Part shown: positions 39,443 through 53,195 of the stretch, in pieces | Numbering within the stretch: position 1 is the stretch's first letter | Layout of the letters: every line of letters begins with the position of its first letter | Assembly: GCF_006345805.1 (NCBI RefSeq) | Contig: NC_043021.1 | Coordinates: forward strand, 28,396,001-28,460,000 | DNA length: 64,000 nucleotides | Direction of reading: 5' to 3' | DNA from: Octopus sinensis | Taxonomy: Eukaryota | Notes under the pieces: model-generated | The model's database searches: none | What the model was told of the DNA's origin: nothing | Seen by the model: the letters and a program-made list of their open reading frames with translations, nothing else | Position numbers and translations under genes: made by a program

Positions 39443-39643
39443 GTTTGACTTTTGCTTTACATTTGTACAAGTTGGCTCCAAGTCTCACCCAGAGATCTCA
39501 AGAGACAACAGGCTGGAAGTTCATGTTTGTGTTATGCCTAGGGTGCCATATATTTGGTTTTGTACTTAGCGTTGTACTAGTGAATGTTTAAAAATAAACC
39601 ATACGAAAAGTATGCTTGTTTTAAAACTTGAGATTACATTGAA

Positions 39644-39650
<7 letters not shown>
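39441..39650 (-). mobile_element. Probable 3' end of an R4/Dong-like non-LTR element
   Basis: Discrete unique block between (TAT)n tracts ending in an (AAT)n tail on the minus strand; family assignment from recall only. Confidence 0.4.
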
Positions 39651-39676
<26 letters not shown>

Positions 39677-39706
39677 TATTATTATTATATTATTATTATT
39701 ATTATT

Positions 39707-40082
39707 GAGTGGGCCGGCAGAGAGCAGTGCATACCATCAAAGTAACACCGGTGTACAAATATACGAAGTGCAATATATCCATCATGACTGATAAGGTTAC
39801 ATGAGGTACATGCATAGCAACCACATATGCACAACATGGTGATTTTATAAGAAGATAAACAGCGCATGACCTTGCAGGTGGGGTCCAGTTAGAATTTTCT
39901 TCAGGTCGAGAAGTCCATCATGTTTCCAGAGGTGAATTATTCAAATCCCAAAGAATTCCCCTCAAAACATGACGATGATGCTCCCTTACAACTTCTGTTC
40001 ATGATCAGAGATGCACTTATAGTCGGCCATAAAGGGATATGCTCAACTGGTTATGGTCATGCTACTGACAAGCAAATCTGTG
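39707..40082 (-). mobile_element. Older, diverged partial copy of the ~555-bp element
   Basis: GAGAGCAGT..CCATCAAAGT..CCTTGCAGGTGGGG..TTTCCAGAGGTGAATTATTCAAA..CTGACAAGCAAATCTGTG with internal deletions. Confidence 0.8.
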
Positions 40083-40124
40083 TTGTTATTATTATTGTTG
40101 TTGTTCTTAATAAAAATTATGATT

Positions 40125-40332
40125 TCAGAATTTGGCACAAGGCTAGCATTTTCGGGGGCGGGGTTGAGTCGGTTACATCGAGCCCAGTTATTAACTGGTA
40201 CTTTTTACATCAATCCTTAGAGAATGAAAACTATAGACGTCCTCAGCGACATTTGAACTCAGAACTTAAATACGAAGGAAATGCCGCTAAGCATTTTGTC
40301 CGGCATGCTATCGATTGTGCCAGTTCGTCGCC
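40125..40332 (-). mobile_element. tRNA-derived SINE, family B
   Basis: ATTTGAACTCAGAA..GAAATGCCGCTAAGCATTTTGTCCGGC..GCCAGTTCGTCGCC. Confidence 0.7.
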
Positions 40333-40335
40333 TTC

Positions 40336-40376
<41 letters not shown>

Positions 40377-40379
<3 letters not shown>

Positions 40380-40901
40380 GCTTCTGATCTTGACTGATTG
40401 GAAGTGTTATCATGTACATTGTTTTGTCTTGGTATAAAAGATGGGCTACAGCAAATATTCTGCTCAATACCACAGATTTGCTTGTCAGTTGTTTGACCTT
40501 AACCAGTTGAGCATGTCCCTTAGTGGCTGACGATATGTCATCTCTGATCATGAGCAGAAGTAGTGGGGGAGCATCATAGCCATGTGTTGAGAGGGATTCT
40601 TTGGGGTTTGAATAATTCACCTCTGGAAACATGGGTGGTTTTTTTCAACATCCTTAAACAACCCTTATTCAGGGACCGTTTTTAGCGGGATGGGCTACTC
40701 AACCTGAAGAAAATTCTAACTGGGCCCCACCTGCAAGGTCATGTGCTGTTTATCTTGATATGAGATCACCATGTCGCGCACGTATGGTTGTGATGCATGT
40801 GCCTGGTGTACCCTTATCAGACGGGTAGTCATGATGGGTATATTGGGCTTCGTATATTTTACCCCAGTGTCACTTTGATGGCATGAACTGCTCTCTCACT
40901 C
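40377..40901 (+). mobile_element. ~555-bp element, first ~35 bp missing
   Basis: ATGGCTTCTGATCTT...CTGCTCTCTCACTC between (AAT)n tracts. Confidence 0.9.
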
Positions 40902-40933
<32 letters not shown>

Positions 40934-40989
40934 ATAATAATAATAATAACAAAACAACAACAACAATTATAATAATAATAATAATAATA

Positions 40990-41034
<45 letters not shown>

Positions 41035-41074
41035 TAATAATAATAATAATAATAATGATAATAACAATAATAAC

Positions 41075-41125
<51 letters not shown>

Positions 41126-41138
41126 TATAATAATAATA

Positions 41139-41692
41139 AATGCCCTGATGCAGTACCAGGCAGTGGCTCTCATGGCTTCTGATCTTAACTGATTGGAAGT
41201 GTTATCATGTACATTGTTTTGTCTTGGTATAAAAGATGGGCTACAGCAAATATTCTGCTCAATACCACAGATTTGCTTGTCAGTTGTTTGACCTAAACCA
41301 GTTGAGCATGTCCCTTAGTGCTGACGATATGTGCATCTCTGATCACGAGCAGAAGTAGTGGGGGAGCATCATAGCCATGTGTTGAGAGGGATTCTTTGGG
41401 GTTTGAATAGTTCACCTCTGGAACATGGGTGGTTCTTTCAACGTCCTTAAACAACCCTTATTCAGGGACCGTTTGAGCGGGATGGGCTACTCAACCTGAA
41501 GAAAATTCTAACTGGCCCCACCTGCAAGGTCATGTGGCTGTTTTCTTGATATGAGATCACCATGTCGCGCACATATGGTTGTGATGCATGCGCCTGGTGT
41601 ACCTTTATCAGACGGGTAGTCATGATGGGTATATTGGGCTTCGTATATTTTACCGCAGTGTCACTTTGATGGCATGGACTGCTCTCTCACTC
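41139..41692 (+). mobile_element. ~555-bp element, full length
   Basis: (AAT)n-AATGCCCTGATGCAGTACCAGG...GCTCTCTCACTC-(AAT)n. Confidence 0.9.
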
Positions 41693-41696
41693 AATG

Positions 41697-41734
<38 letters not shown>

Positions 41735-42215
41735 CACATACGCTAATACCTATATGTATCAATCTATTTATGTACCTATCTCTCACCTTTCTCTCTCTCC
41801 CTCTTTCTCTGTGTATATATGTTTTTATATGTATGCATAGACATTGATAGACAGAATAATAGATGAATAAATAAATAGACGGAAAGGCAGACAGACGACA
41901 GATGATATTGGCTTTCATGTGGCTTATCGTTATTTTATACGTTAGTATATTATATATGTAGGTGCTTTAATTTAGAAATTTATCCAGATTAATATCAAGA
42001 CAAATAGCTGGACATAGTGATGGATACTTGGAAAGAAAGGTCGATAGACACACAGACAAATAGCCAGGCAGACTGATAGAACGATTTATACATGCTTCGA
42101 TTGATAACTATATTGATATATATATATATATACATATGGAGAGAGAGAGAGAGGTTGATAGATCGATAGAGATAGAGAGAGAGAGACAAATAGATAAATA
42201 GATGGACAGACAAAC

Positions 42216-42255
<40 letters not shown>

Positions 42256-42299
42256 GATAGATAGATAGATAGATGGATGGATGGATGGATGGATGGATG

Positions 42300-42368
<69 letters not shown>

Positions 42369-42696
42369 AGAGGTAAATAGATTTCAGAAGAAACAGTTAA
42401 ACCGAACGACAGAATTAGAGGAGGTGGGTGGATGCTTATTCAGTCTAAGTTGTAAATAAGATATGTACGCGTTTAAATACGTATGAATTTGCGTGTGTGC
42501 GTAGGTATGTACGTACGTGGGGACATACGCAAATGTGTAAGAATGTGTGTATGTATGTATCAGAGGGATGGATGCAGATATGTAGTATATCTATCTATTT
42601 ATCTAAGTATACATCTGCATGTCTGTCTCTCCGTCTATCTATCTATTTATCTATCAATCAATCTATCCATCCATCCATCCATCTATCTATCTATCT

Positions 42697-42757
<61 letters not shown>

Positions 42758-43529
42758 ACACACTGCAGTGTACCTCTGGATGCATACATACATACATACA
42801 TACATAAGAGAGTAAAAAGGATTGAGTGAGACAGTGAGAGAAACAGAAAAGAATCAAACAAGTTTGATGGATAGATAATAAATTGATGGTGGTAAGGCTG
42901 GTGGTGGTGGTGGTGGTGGTGGTGGTATATATATATATAAAACAGTACAGACGTAATAAGCCGGTGGGCGTGTTAATAACCGCCTTTTACACATGATTGA
43001 CGGCAAAAACCACCAATGTGCATTGAGCTACTTCGTTGGTTAAGAAAACTTTACTACTTAGCATAATTTATTCTTGTGATGTAATGTTCTCATGCCTCTT
43101 TTAACATGAAAACGTTTCTATTTATAGATGGCTTGTGTGAGGTGTGTGTGCTGTGTGTGTGTAGATTCGCGTGTGGCGTGTTTATGTGTATGAGAGAGAG
43201 AGAGAGAGAGGAAGAGAGAGAGAAAGAAAGATTGGGAGAGACAGAGAAAGAAAGAGAGTGGAAGAAGGAGAGAGCGGGGGAGAGAGAGAGAGATTGTGTA
43301 TGCGAGCATGTGTTGTTGTTTCTCTGTACGACTCTGTTGGCAAGTACGGTGGATGGGTGGGTGTGTGCGCATGTTCAGATGCAGGGGAGGGTGGCCATGG
43401 AAGGAATTAAAGTGTTGCAAGTTGCGAATGAAAATGGAACGAGACGTTGACGTAGAACGAAATGCATGAAGTGAGAGAGGTAAGTGGTAGGTTGGTCGAC
43501 TGGTATAGAAACGGGGGTGGGGTTAATCG

Positions 43530-43681
43530 CAATACGTGTAATAGTAGTAGTAGTAGTTGTTGTTGTAGTAATAGATTTTAGAGTAAGTTGTAGCTGTGGT
43601 AGTGGTAGTAGTAGTAGTAGATGTTATAATAGTAGGAGTAGCAGTAGCAGCAGTATTATTATTATCCTTTTTCTATTTGCC

Positions 43682-43744
<63 letters not shown>

Positions 43745-43809
43745 CATTATTATTGTTAACATTGGTGGTAGTAGTAATAATAATAATAGTAAGTTGTAGT
43801 AACTTCCGC

Positions 43810-43845
<36 letters not shown>

Positions 43846-44560
43846 CAGCAGCAGTAGTAATAGTAGTAGTAGCAACAACCTGATGAGGAAGAAGCCTAAT
43901 TATGAAGAACTACAAGTAAAGCTGAAGAATTGAAAAAGCAAAAAATTAACACAGCGATATAGGTAGGGGAACGGAAAGCCAAACAATGATGTTTGACAAC
44001 TACAACAAGCAAAAGCACAACAAACAACAACAACAGTTACTACTACTACTACTACTACTATACTACCTACTACTAGTAACGCCACTACAAATAGCACCAA
44101 TGTTTCAAGGGATGGCCAAGGTCGGAATTTTTTTAATGTTGAGATGTGTAGTAGATTGGTTCCGGCGGGAAAGATAAAGCTAAGTGCCAATCAATAAGGG
44201 ATGGTGGTGGTGGTGGGGGACTGAGTGATTAATTGTGGCGGTAATGATAATGATGGTGATGACGATGACGATGATGACGACGATGACAACGACGGCGGCG
44301 ATGATGGTGATGATGATGATGATGATGATAACCACGACGATATGCAAACGATGTTGATGATGATAAAAATGATGAAGATGATAATGACAATGGCGACGAC
44401 AACAATGAGAACAACGACGATAAATAGGATGACAACGATGACTTCAAGAATGACAACAAGACGAGGAGGAGGGGTAGAAGGAAGAAGAAGAAGAAAAAGA
44501 GGAAGGAGAGGTGGAGGGCGAAGAAGTGGTGGTGGTGGATGAGGATGATGATGACAAGAG
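43530..44560. repeat. Mosaic trinucleotide tracts (GTA/TAT/ACT/GAT/GAC/AGA/GGT)
   Basis: Directly visible. Confidence 0.9.
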
Positions 44561-44813
44561 GGATGCAAAAGGACAGGAGAGGGTGGAGAGGATGGAGAGC
44601 GTAAGGAATATTAAATTTCTGCGGGATTTGAACTCAGGAACAAATATTGCAGGCTATTTGTCAGACGTACTCTTATGATTCTTTCATCCGCCAAACGATC
44701 AATAAAATGGCTAACGTACCAGTTATATACTGGGGCTGGTTTCATCATCTAACCCTCTCTCCTTCTAAATATGTGACTTTGTACTGGCGTTCGATGTTAT
44801 TCAAAAACAGTAA

Positions 44814-45203
44814 TGGCTGTGTGGTAAGTAACTTGCTTACCAACCACATGGTTTCGGGTTCAGTCCCACTACATTGCACTTTGGGCAAGTGTCTTCAACT
44901 ATAGCTTCGGGCCGACCAAAGCCTTGTGGGTGTACATGGTAGACGGAAACTAAAAAAAGCCCGTCGTATATATGTATATATATATATATATATTGTGTGT
45001 GTGTGTGTTTCCCCCTCTTCCTCAGCATCGCTTGACATGCGATGGTGGTGTGTTTAGCGGTTCGGAAAAAAGAGACCGATAGAATAAGTACTACACTTAC
45101 AAAGAAGAACAGGTCCTGGGGTCGATTTGCTCAACTAAAAGGTGGTACTCCAGCATGGCCGCAGTCAAATGACTGAAACAAGTAAAAGAATAAAAAGAAT
45201 AAA
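44814..45203 (+). mobile_element. tRNA-derived SINE, family A
   Basis: GGCTGTGTGGTAAG head, GGGTTCAGTCCCACT, full tail. Confidence 0.85.
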
Positions 45204-45540
45204 TAATGATGATAAATACAATTATGTCTTCGAAGTCGTTCCGTAGTTAATGCTGTTGCAAGAGTAACACTCGAACACACGAACACCGTGATCAGTGGAC
45301 GGAGATTATCATATTTTATTCACTCTACACATATCAACTGTCCTCGGAAAGATGAAGGACACTTTTCTGCTTGTCTACATTTGAACTCAAAAAGATAAAG
45401 ATTGCCATAACGTATACACTGCTAGATATGTATTTTTTTTCTTTTTCTGATGGTCTAATGATTTTTTTTTTACCAGTTCATGATTATATATAATTATGTC
45501 ATAATAATGGAAATAAAAGGTGGTAAGGATAATGATGATA

Positions 45541-45571
<31 letters not shown>

Positions 45572-45779
45572 GGAGGAGGAGGAGGAGGAGGATAAAGAAG
45601 AAGATGATGATGATAATGAGGAGGAGGAGGGGAAGGGAAAGGGGGAAGGGGGAAGAGCTAGCCGAAAATGGCGTAAATAATGCAGAAGACGATGTACAGA
45701 ATGCTTTTAGAGGAATTTTACTTCAACATGTGTAACAGCTAGGTCATCTGTTCTGGCTGTCCAGCTTTAAGATCTACTC

Positions 45780-45830
45780 GGCACAGTCTACAGGGCACAG
45801 TCTACAGGGCACAGTCTACAGGGCACAGTC
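45780..45830. repeat. 14-bp minisatellite GGCACAGTCTACAG, ~3.6 copies
   Basis: Directly visible. Confidence 0.9.
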
Positions 45831-46224
45831 CCGATGTTTGATCTATGATCATTCAGGAGTATGAGGACTCCTACATCAACGAATGATCCCATCCCGCCAC
45901 ATTTCACCAATGCTATACCTAAGCTTGTTATCTGTCCATATGACGCCACGAAGGGGACAACTAAGTAGGGGTCACATCGTCGGTAAGGTTCATTTCGTGT
46001 GGGCCCTTCTCAAATTCTGAAAAAACAATTTAGGCAAGGCTGGTTCGTGCACTTTTGAGCTTGGGTTTCCGTACTGTCTTCTAGTTTTTGAGAATGGCAC
46101 ATGTGGTGCCAATGAACTCTCCCTTTCTTAATAAAGGATATTTCACTCATAATTCTGTCGACATGAGACGCAAAGTTGAATTCCACAGGAGTTGATTTTT
46201 TGTTTGATTTTTGAGCTGTTGAAG

Positions 46225-46261
<37 letters not shown>

Positions 46262-46330
46262 GATGATGATGATACTACTACTACTATTGCAGCTGCTGCT
46301 GCTACAACAACAACAACAACTACTACTACT

Positions 46331-46367
<37 letters not shown>

Positions 46368-46734
46368 AACTACTACTACTACTACACCGACATCGACATT
46401 TGCACCACCACTATTAGACGTTCACATGGTTACTGACCAGGACGAATGTCTAGTTGACATCTGAATGACTTATTCGTTGACATAGAAGTGCTTTCTTTCA
46501 CCTGATACCCCGCTCCCATCCTGATCTACATGCTAGATAAAGCAGCCAGACAACCCGCAAATCACACCATGTTTGCCTGAAAAATGTACACATTGGTGCT
46601 GTTACCTGGAGTACAATATATCTTAAAGAAAAGAATGAACATCCAAGATAGTCATGGGTGGATTGTTTTTGAAGACATGTCTTCTCAATATGTGCTAACT
46701 TTGGATAAGCAATAAGACGTCAACAGCAACGGTG

Positions 46735-46915
46735 TGGAGGTCCAATGGCCCAGTGGTTAGGGCAGTGGACTAGCGGTCTTAAGAACGTGGTTTCGATTCC
46801 CAGACCGGGCATTGTGAGCAAAAACACCGAAGCTCCACGAGGCTCCGGCTGGGGTGGGTGGTGAACCCGGCTGTACTATTTCACCACAACTTTCTCTCAC
46901 TCTCTCTTCCTACTT
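46735..46915 (+). mobile_element. SINE family C 5' half
   Basis: GGAGGTCCAATGGCCCAGTGGTTAGGG..TTTCGATTCCCAGACCGGG..CACCACAACTTTCTCTCACTC. Confidence 0.8.
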
Positions 46916-47699
46916 GTGCCACAAAGTAGAGGAACCATCGTGTAACCCACTATGGTGTGGTAAACTTTCAGACCCTAGTCTAGATTGCGAATCCTCTGTA
47001 ACCCAGGATGGTTCAGCTCTCCACCCGTTAGAAGCCACCGTTTACGGAATGAGGAGAACAAGAAGAAGAAGAAGAAGAAGAAGAAGAAGAAGAAGAAGAA
47101 GAAGAAGAAGAAGAAGAAGAAGAAGAAGAAAAAGGAGGAGGAGGAGGAGCAGAAAAGAAGAAGGAGGAGGAGGAGGAGAAGATGGAAAAGAAGAAGGAGA
47201 AGAATAAGTAGAAGGAGGAGGAGGAGGAGGAGGAGGTGGGTTAGTAGAAGAGGCAGCAACGGTGTCAACAATATTGAAGAAGCCAGCCGCTAGGAGGATC
47301 CACGCATTGGCACCTGCCTAGTAGAAATGGCAGTCAAATGCTATTTCACACGTAAAAGGAAAGATAGCGAGGCAAATAGAAAAGAGTAGTCCAGGCAGAG
47401 ACGAGATGTTCCAACACCTTTAATGATGGTTCTGCTTTGTCATCACTCAATATGAACCAAACAACAAAGACGACGACGATTACAGCAACAACAACAAAAT
47501 CGTTTGCAACCTATTTATTTACAAAACTGGGACTTGCGCGCACGTGCGGGGTTTAGTTTATTTTCGTTATTCATTTATTTATGTATTTATTCAATTATTT
47601 AGTGGTTCATTTTTTATCTGTTTTATTTTAAGATAAATACAGAACGGAAACAAAAATATAAATAATAAAAATATTTTTGATTTTCCAACGGTGACACCG

Positions 47700-47721
47700 A
47701 TCGATAATAATAATAATAATG

Positions 47722-47789
<68 letters not shown>

Positions 47790-47895
47790 TATAATATAAT
47801 AAAAATAAGAATAAGAAGAAGAAGAAGAAAACAATGTAATATAATAATAATAATAATAATACGATAATAATATAATATAATAATTAATAATAATA

Positions 47896-47928
<33 letters not shown>

Positions 47929-48067
47929 GAAGAAGAAGAAGAAGAAGAAGAAGACAATAGTAATAATAATAATAATATAATATAACAATAACAATAGTAA
48001 TATAATAAAATAATATAATAGTAATAGTATAATAATAATAATAAATAATAATATAACAATAACAATT

Positions 48068-48104
<37 letters not shown>

Positions 48105-48177
48105 CAATAACAATTGTAATAATAAAATAATAGTAATAATAATAATATTAATAATAATAATAATAACAATAACAATT

Positions 48178-48214
<37 letters not shown>

Positions 48215-48219
48215 TAACA

Positions 48220-48277
<58 letters not shown>

Positions 48278-48410
48278 TAACAATAACAATAATAATAATA
48301 ATGAGTCTAAAGTTGCTGCCACAGCTGTTATTGTCGTTAGTTTTCTTTTCGAAACATGTTTTAATCATCTTATCCGTCGTTGTCGTTGTTGTTGTTGTTG
48401 TCATTGTTGT
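47700..48410. repeat. ~600-bp (AAT)n/(AAG)n/(AAC)n tract
   Basis: Directly visible. Confidence 0.95.
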
Positions 48411-48990
48411 TGTTGATTCACCGACATGAAATTAGTTTCTACGTTACCTAATTAAGGTGCTCACTTTCCTTAATCAGATGAACTCAAAAATAATTGAATA
48501 AATAAATAAGCCTTATTCGCATCAAGTTCATCCCTGTGTTGCAAGTGAATGAAACACTCAACAATTCAACTGTGCTCCCGCTACCAAAACGTCATTGAAG
48601 AGCAAAGATGGCGACGGGAAGCAGGCCCCTCTCGCTGACTAGGACAGCGGCAGGGATACTACGATGAATGGGCGATTACGAAGCACATTCTTCATATGAT
48701 TTCAAGCATGAATCAGGGATTATGTTCTTTAAACTCATCACCCTTCCCGTGTTTGACTTCAATGCTTCCGTTAAGTCTGTTCTGAATACAGGATTTTGAT
48801 TGTTAGGCCGTTATACGTAGGCTTAATTTAAATACCTACATCATACAAAATAAAAACACGAGCCAATATTCTTTTTCTGGAACGTACACATCATACAATT
48901 GTTGGCGTCCTCCATAGTTACTGGTGATGCTTAGTGGAAGATGATTGTTGTTCAAATTTAGGTGCAGTAAATTGCTCATATTTCTATGCG

Positions 48991-49365
48991 GGCACTCCGT
49001 CGGCTACTGCGACGACTAGGGTTCCAGCTGATCCGATCAACGGAACAGCCTGCTTGTGAAATTAACGGGGAAGTGGGTGAGCACTCCACAGACACGTGTA
49101 CCTTTAATGTAGTTCACGGAGAGATTCAGCGTGACACAAAGTGTGACAAGGCTGGTCCTTTGAAATACAGATACGACAGAAACAGGAAAAAAGAGTGAGA
49201 GAAAGCTGTAGTGATAGAGTCCAGCAGGGTTCGCCACCACCTACTAACGACGCCTCGTGGAATTTTAGGTGTTTTAGCTAAAGTACAGCGCCCGATCTTG
49301 GAATTGAAACCGCGATCCTACGACCGCGAGTTTGCTGCCCTAACCACTGGGCCATTAAGACCCCA
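48991..49365 (-). mobile_element. tRNA-derived SINE, family C (full length)
   Basis: Collinear with 36385-36760. Confidence 0.85.
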
Positions 49366-49539
49366 CATACTTCAATAATACATAACATACTCTAACAATT
49401 TTTTTATACATACCTAATAATATTTGCTTATATAAATGTATAGAATATTCTCAACATCAAATGGCTATGGGGGTTCGGCAGAGTAAAATAGGGCACAAAG
49501 GGGTCAATAAGTCTAATGCTGTAGACTTTAACGATTGGT

Positions 49540-49978
49540 TTGTAGCTGTGCTTCGCAACCACATGGTTCCAGGTTCAGTATCACTGCGTGACTATTTGGG
49601 CGAGTGTCAACTACTATAGTAGTTGACCAAAGCCGGATCGACCAAAGCCTTGTGAGGGGATTTGGTAGGCGGAAGCTGATAGAAGCTCGTCGTATATACA
49701 TGTGTGAGTGCGTGTGCATCTGTGTATGCCCGCGCGCGTATGTGTGTGTGTGTGTGTGTATCGGTGTCTTCGTCCCCACCATCACCGCTTGACTACCAAT
49801 ATTGGTGCGTTTATCTCCTTGTAACTTAGAGGTTCGGCAAAAGTAACTCATAGAGTAAGTACCAGGCTTTAAAACAATGAATAAGTACTAGAGTTGATTC
49901 GATCAATTAAAATTCTTCATGGCTGTGCCCCAGCATGGCAGCAGTCGAATGACTGAAACAAATAAAAGATAAAAGATA
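49540..49978 (+). mobile_element. tRNA-derived SINE, family A (diverged)
   Basis: AACCACATGGTTCCAGGTTCAG..ACCAAAGCCTTGTGAG..CCAGCATGGC..GACTGAAACAAATAAAAG. Confidence 0.8.
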
Positions 49979-50204
49979 GCTGAAACTAATTAATAAACAG
50001 CTTTCATTATCGTAGCATCGATAGCATCGAGCAGCTTCCAGCAGAATTCCTCGGTGAAGGCAAAACGCTTATCCACCAACATATACACAACGTTCCCATT
50101 TTCTTTAAAACTATATAAAGACGTTTAATGCCGTTATTTCTAGCATTTCAATAAACGATGTATGCACTTCCTGGTCATCCACAGTGTCATATGGGTTTCA
50201 CATT

Positions 50205-50570
50205 TTAGTACAAAGCCAGTAATTTCGGTGGATGGGGGTAGTCAGCTTGTCGACCCCGAAATTTGAGCTCAGAGCTTAAGGGCGGGCGAAATGCCGTTCA
50301 GTATTTTGCATCGCGTGTAAAATACTTGGCGGCATTTTCGGCCAACTCGTCACCGCCTTTCAGTCATATTCGTTTCAAATTTTGGAACAATGACAGCAAT
50401 TTCGAGGAAGGAGTTAAGTCGATTATATTGACCCCAGTGCTCAACTGGTACTTATTTTATCGACCGCAAAAGGTAAAGTCGACCTCGGGGGAATTTGAAC
50501 TCAGAACCTAAAGACAGATGAAATATCCGACACATTTTGCCCGACGTACTAACGACCCCGCCAGCTCGTA
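50205..50570 (-). mobile_element. Tandem pair of SINE family B copies
   Basis: Two successive AATTTGA(G/A)CTCAG...GCC units. Confidence 0.7.
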
Positions 50571-51101
50571 GCCTTTCTTTTCACATACAAATTTCGATGG
50601 TAAAAGAGAGACATTTCATACGACTCACACTGGCTGTTATGTTAATCCCTATCACATTTGCTCTCTATTCTTTACTATATATCATTCTTTTTAATCTATT
50701 TAAGAGTCTCGATGTAAGTACGACACATTAAACTGCTTAATCGTAGCAGGAGCTTCAGAGCGAACTTGTGTTTAGCTTTTGTTTGTATCTATCCCACATT
50801 GCACATCAATGATTCTATTATGTAAAACCTCCATTTGTCTAAGTCATTCATTTGTTCCCATTCAGACAAACTGTCGAACACGAGGCTCTCTATCTCTGTC
50901 TGTCTGTCTATCAGTTGGTCTGGCTGACTATCTATACACAAGTAAACACACCTACACACATATATATGTGTGTGTGTGCATATATATACGTATGTATGTA
51001 TGTATATACACATACAATATGTAATGTGTGTATACTTACATGCATACCTATATTTTATATACATATATGTGTATGTATACATACGTACACACATACAAAT
51101 A

Positions 51102-51153
<52 letters not shown>

Positions 51154-51311
51154 CATATATATCCTCACATGCATACATACACACAGTCACACGCACCAGC
51201 ATACGCAACCGCCACTTAACCTGAACGTGGGAGATATCGATCCGTAGCAAGTCGTCCTAATTTGATTGCGTTCAATGTAAAAGATTTTCAGAGCACCATA
51301 TTACAAAATCT

Positions 51312-51366
<55 letters not shown>

Positions 51367-51649
51367 GGAGGAGGAGGGGGAGGAGGAGGAGGAGGAACAG
51401 AAGCTTAGGCATATGGATAGAAAAAAAAAACATTATTTTAGCATTGAACACATTTATGATTTAAAGAAATGTGTCAGATGAGTACAGAGGAAAATATTAA
51501 TGAATGATGACTAAAGGAAAGGAGTTGGTTGATCTGCTTCGCTCGCTTAAATTTCTTTCTGATATGATCTAAGGAACGTGATTACACACCCATTCGTTGC
51601 GTCCTTCTTTGGTATGTATATGTGTGGGAATATATATGTATATATATTG

Positions 51650-51825
51650 ATAGAAATGGCAAGACAACAAAAGAATGAAAGAGACCTCGTTATTATGTAA
51701 ATAGAGGAATTTATCTGTAAATGTAATATGTGAGAATTATTCGGTAGCCATGATAAAACTCCGAGTTTCGGATATTGGGACGGTAAACCCGCACCAGCAT
51801 CTCTTCAGCTATCGGGTAAAAGTAT
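51650..51825 (-). mobile_element. Penelope-like unit with intact-core hammerhead at 51752-51813
   Basis: Reverse complement GATAG-CTGAAGA-[stem II]-GAAAC-TCGGA-GTT-TTATC; flanks related to 62165-62372. Confidence 0.6.
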
Positions 51826-51889
51826 ATATATACATTCACAGACACGCACGCACGCGCACATAATACAAACATACATACATACATATATA

Positions 51890-51924
<35 letters not shown>

Positions 51925-51927
51925 CTA

Positions 51928-53074
51928 CCAGCATAGCCCGGCGTTGCCCGGGTATGTAAGAGCCCCTAGTAGGCAACGACTAATCCCAATCTAGTCCTTT
52001 CCCTCTAGGGAACGAAGGCGCATGTGTAGGTTGCAATGTCTTCTCTTCACTCCCAAATAACTATCAAACAGCTATCGATAATTCAACCCAACCAATTCCT
52101 ACCAGGAAGAAATTACGTTCGAGACTTTACCCCCAACACCGCCACTTCTGCTAATAGCTGCTGCAGCCGCAAGTTATTCGAATACTTTTTTGTTTAAACT
52201 TTCTTTATAACTACCACCCCAAACGTTTTGCCTTAATTTTTTGACGTACCCTAAGGGTCCTCGGACGCTACTTGCAAACTCTTGGTTTATTATAAACCGC
52301 TTTTGTCGTGTGCACCAAAAAAACCTTTTCCATTCGTTTGTTCAGTTTGGTCACTTTTGACTTTTTCGTTGTAGTCACTCACATTGCCCGCTTTTTTGCC
52401 GTTTTTGTACATTTTTATACATTTTGGGATACTTACCTCACGTGTTCCGAGAGTTAAAAAGGTCGAGTTGCGCCCCCTAGACAGTCTGTGGTTGTGTTTA
52501 ATACACAAATCGGTTTGCTGTGTGCCACATATGATGTAATTAACCGATTTTTTCCAGTAATAAAGTATCCTATTGGAATAAAAAGGTCCGTATAGCTCCT
52601 TGGAGCAGACATGATGCTCGCTGTGAATTTCAAAAAACATTCCTGCCAATTTGTGAAAGATATTGTCGAAAATATATCATCTTGAATTTGAACGCGATTT
52701 CCCAAAATGGCATGATTTTATCGATTTTTTCTGATGGTGAGGTATTGCATGGAAAACTAACGTCAGAATTAAGTTTCTTAGGGTAACATTAAGCTTCACC
52801 ATGAGTTTGGTGAAAATCGATTGCAAGTTGCGAAAACTACAAGAGAAAATGTGTTGCATATAAAAAGCTTAGATTCTCGACCCCATGTCGAATTTATCGA
52901 TGATTTTCAGAACTGGGGGAACTATTCAAAATTTTCGCTGCGTTAGTTTTGAATTATGACATTGGGCTATGTGTGTGTTAAGTTTCATCAGAATCGGTTG
53001 AAAGCGATGGTCAGGGTGAGGGTACAACCTGACAGACACACAGACAGACAAACTGCCGTTTATATAGAGATAGA
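51928..53074 (-). mobile_element. Non-autonomous Helitron, ~1.15 kb
   Basis: Minus strand A|TCTATCTCTATATAAACGGCAG start; CCCGGGC-AAC-GCCGGG hairpin then CTGG|T end. Confidence 0.8.
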
Positions 53075-53127
53075 TATATATTCGCATATACACATGCAAA
53101 TATATATATGATATATAATATAAATAA

Positions 53128-53195
<68 letters not shown>

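Noticed and set aside
41139-41200. HDV-like or hammerhead ribozyme at the 5' end of the ~555-bp element
   Set aside because: CTGATGC has no downstream GAAA, and I could not build the nested double pseudoknot by eye.
45780-45830. CRISPR-like repeat
   Set aside because: Contiguous 14-bp units without spacers, no cas genes, eukaryotic context.
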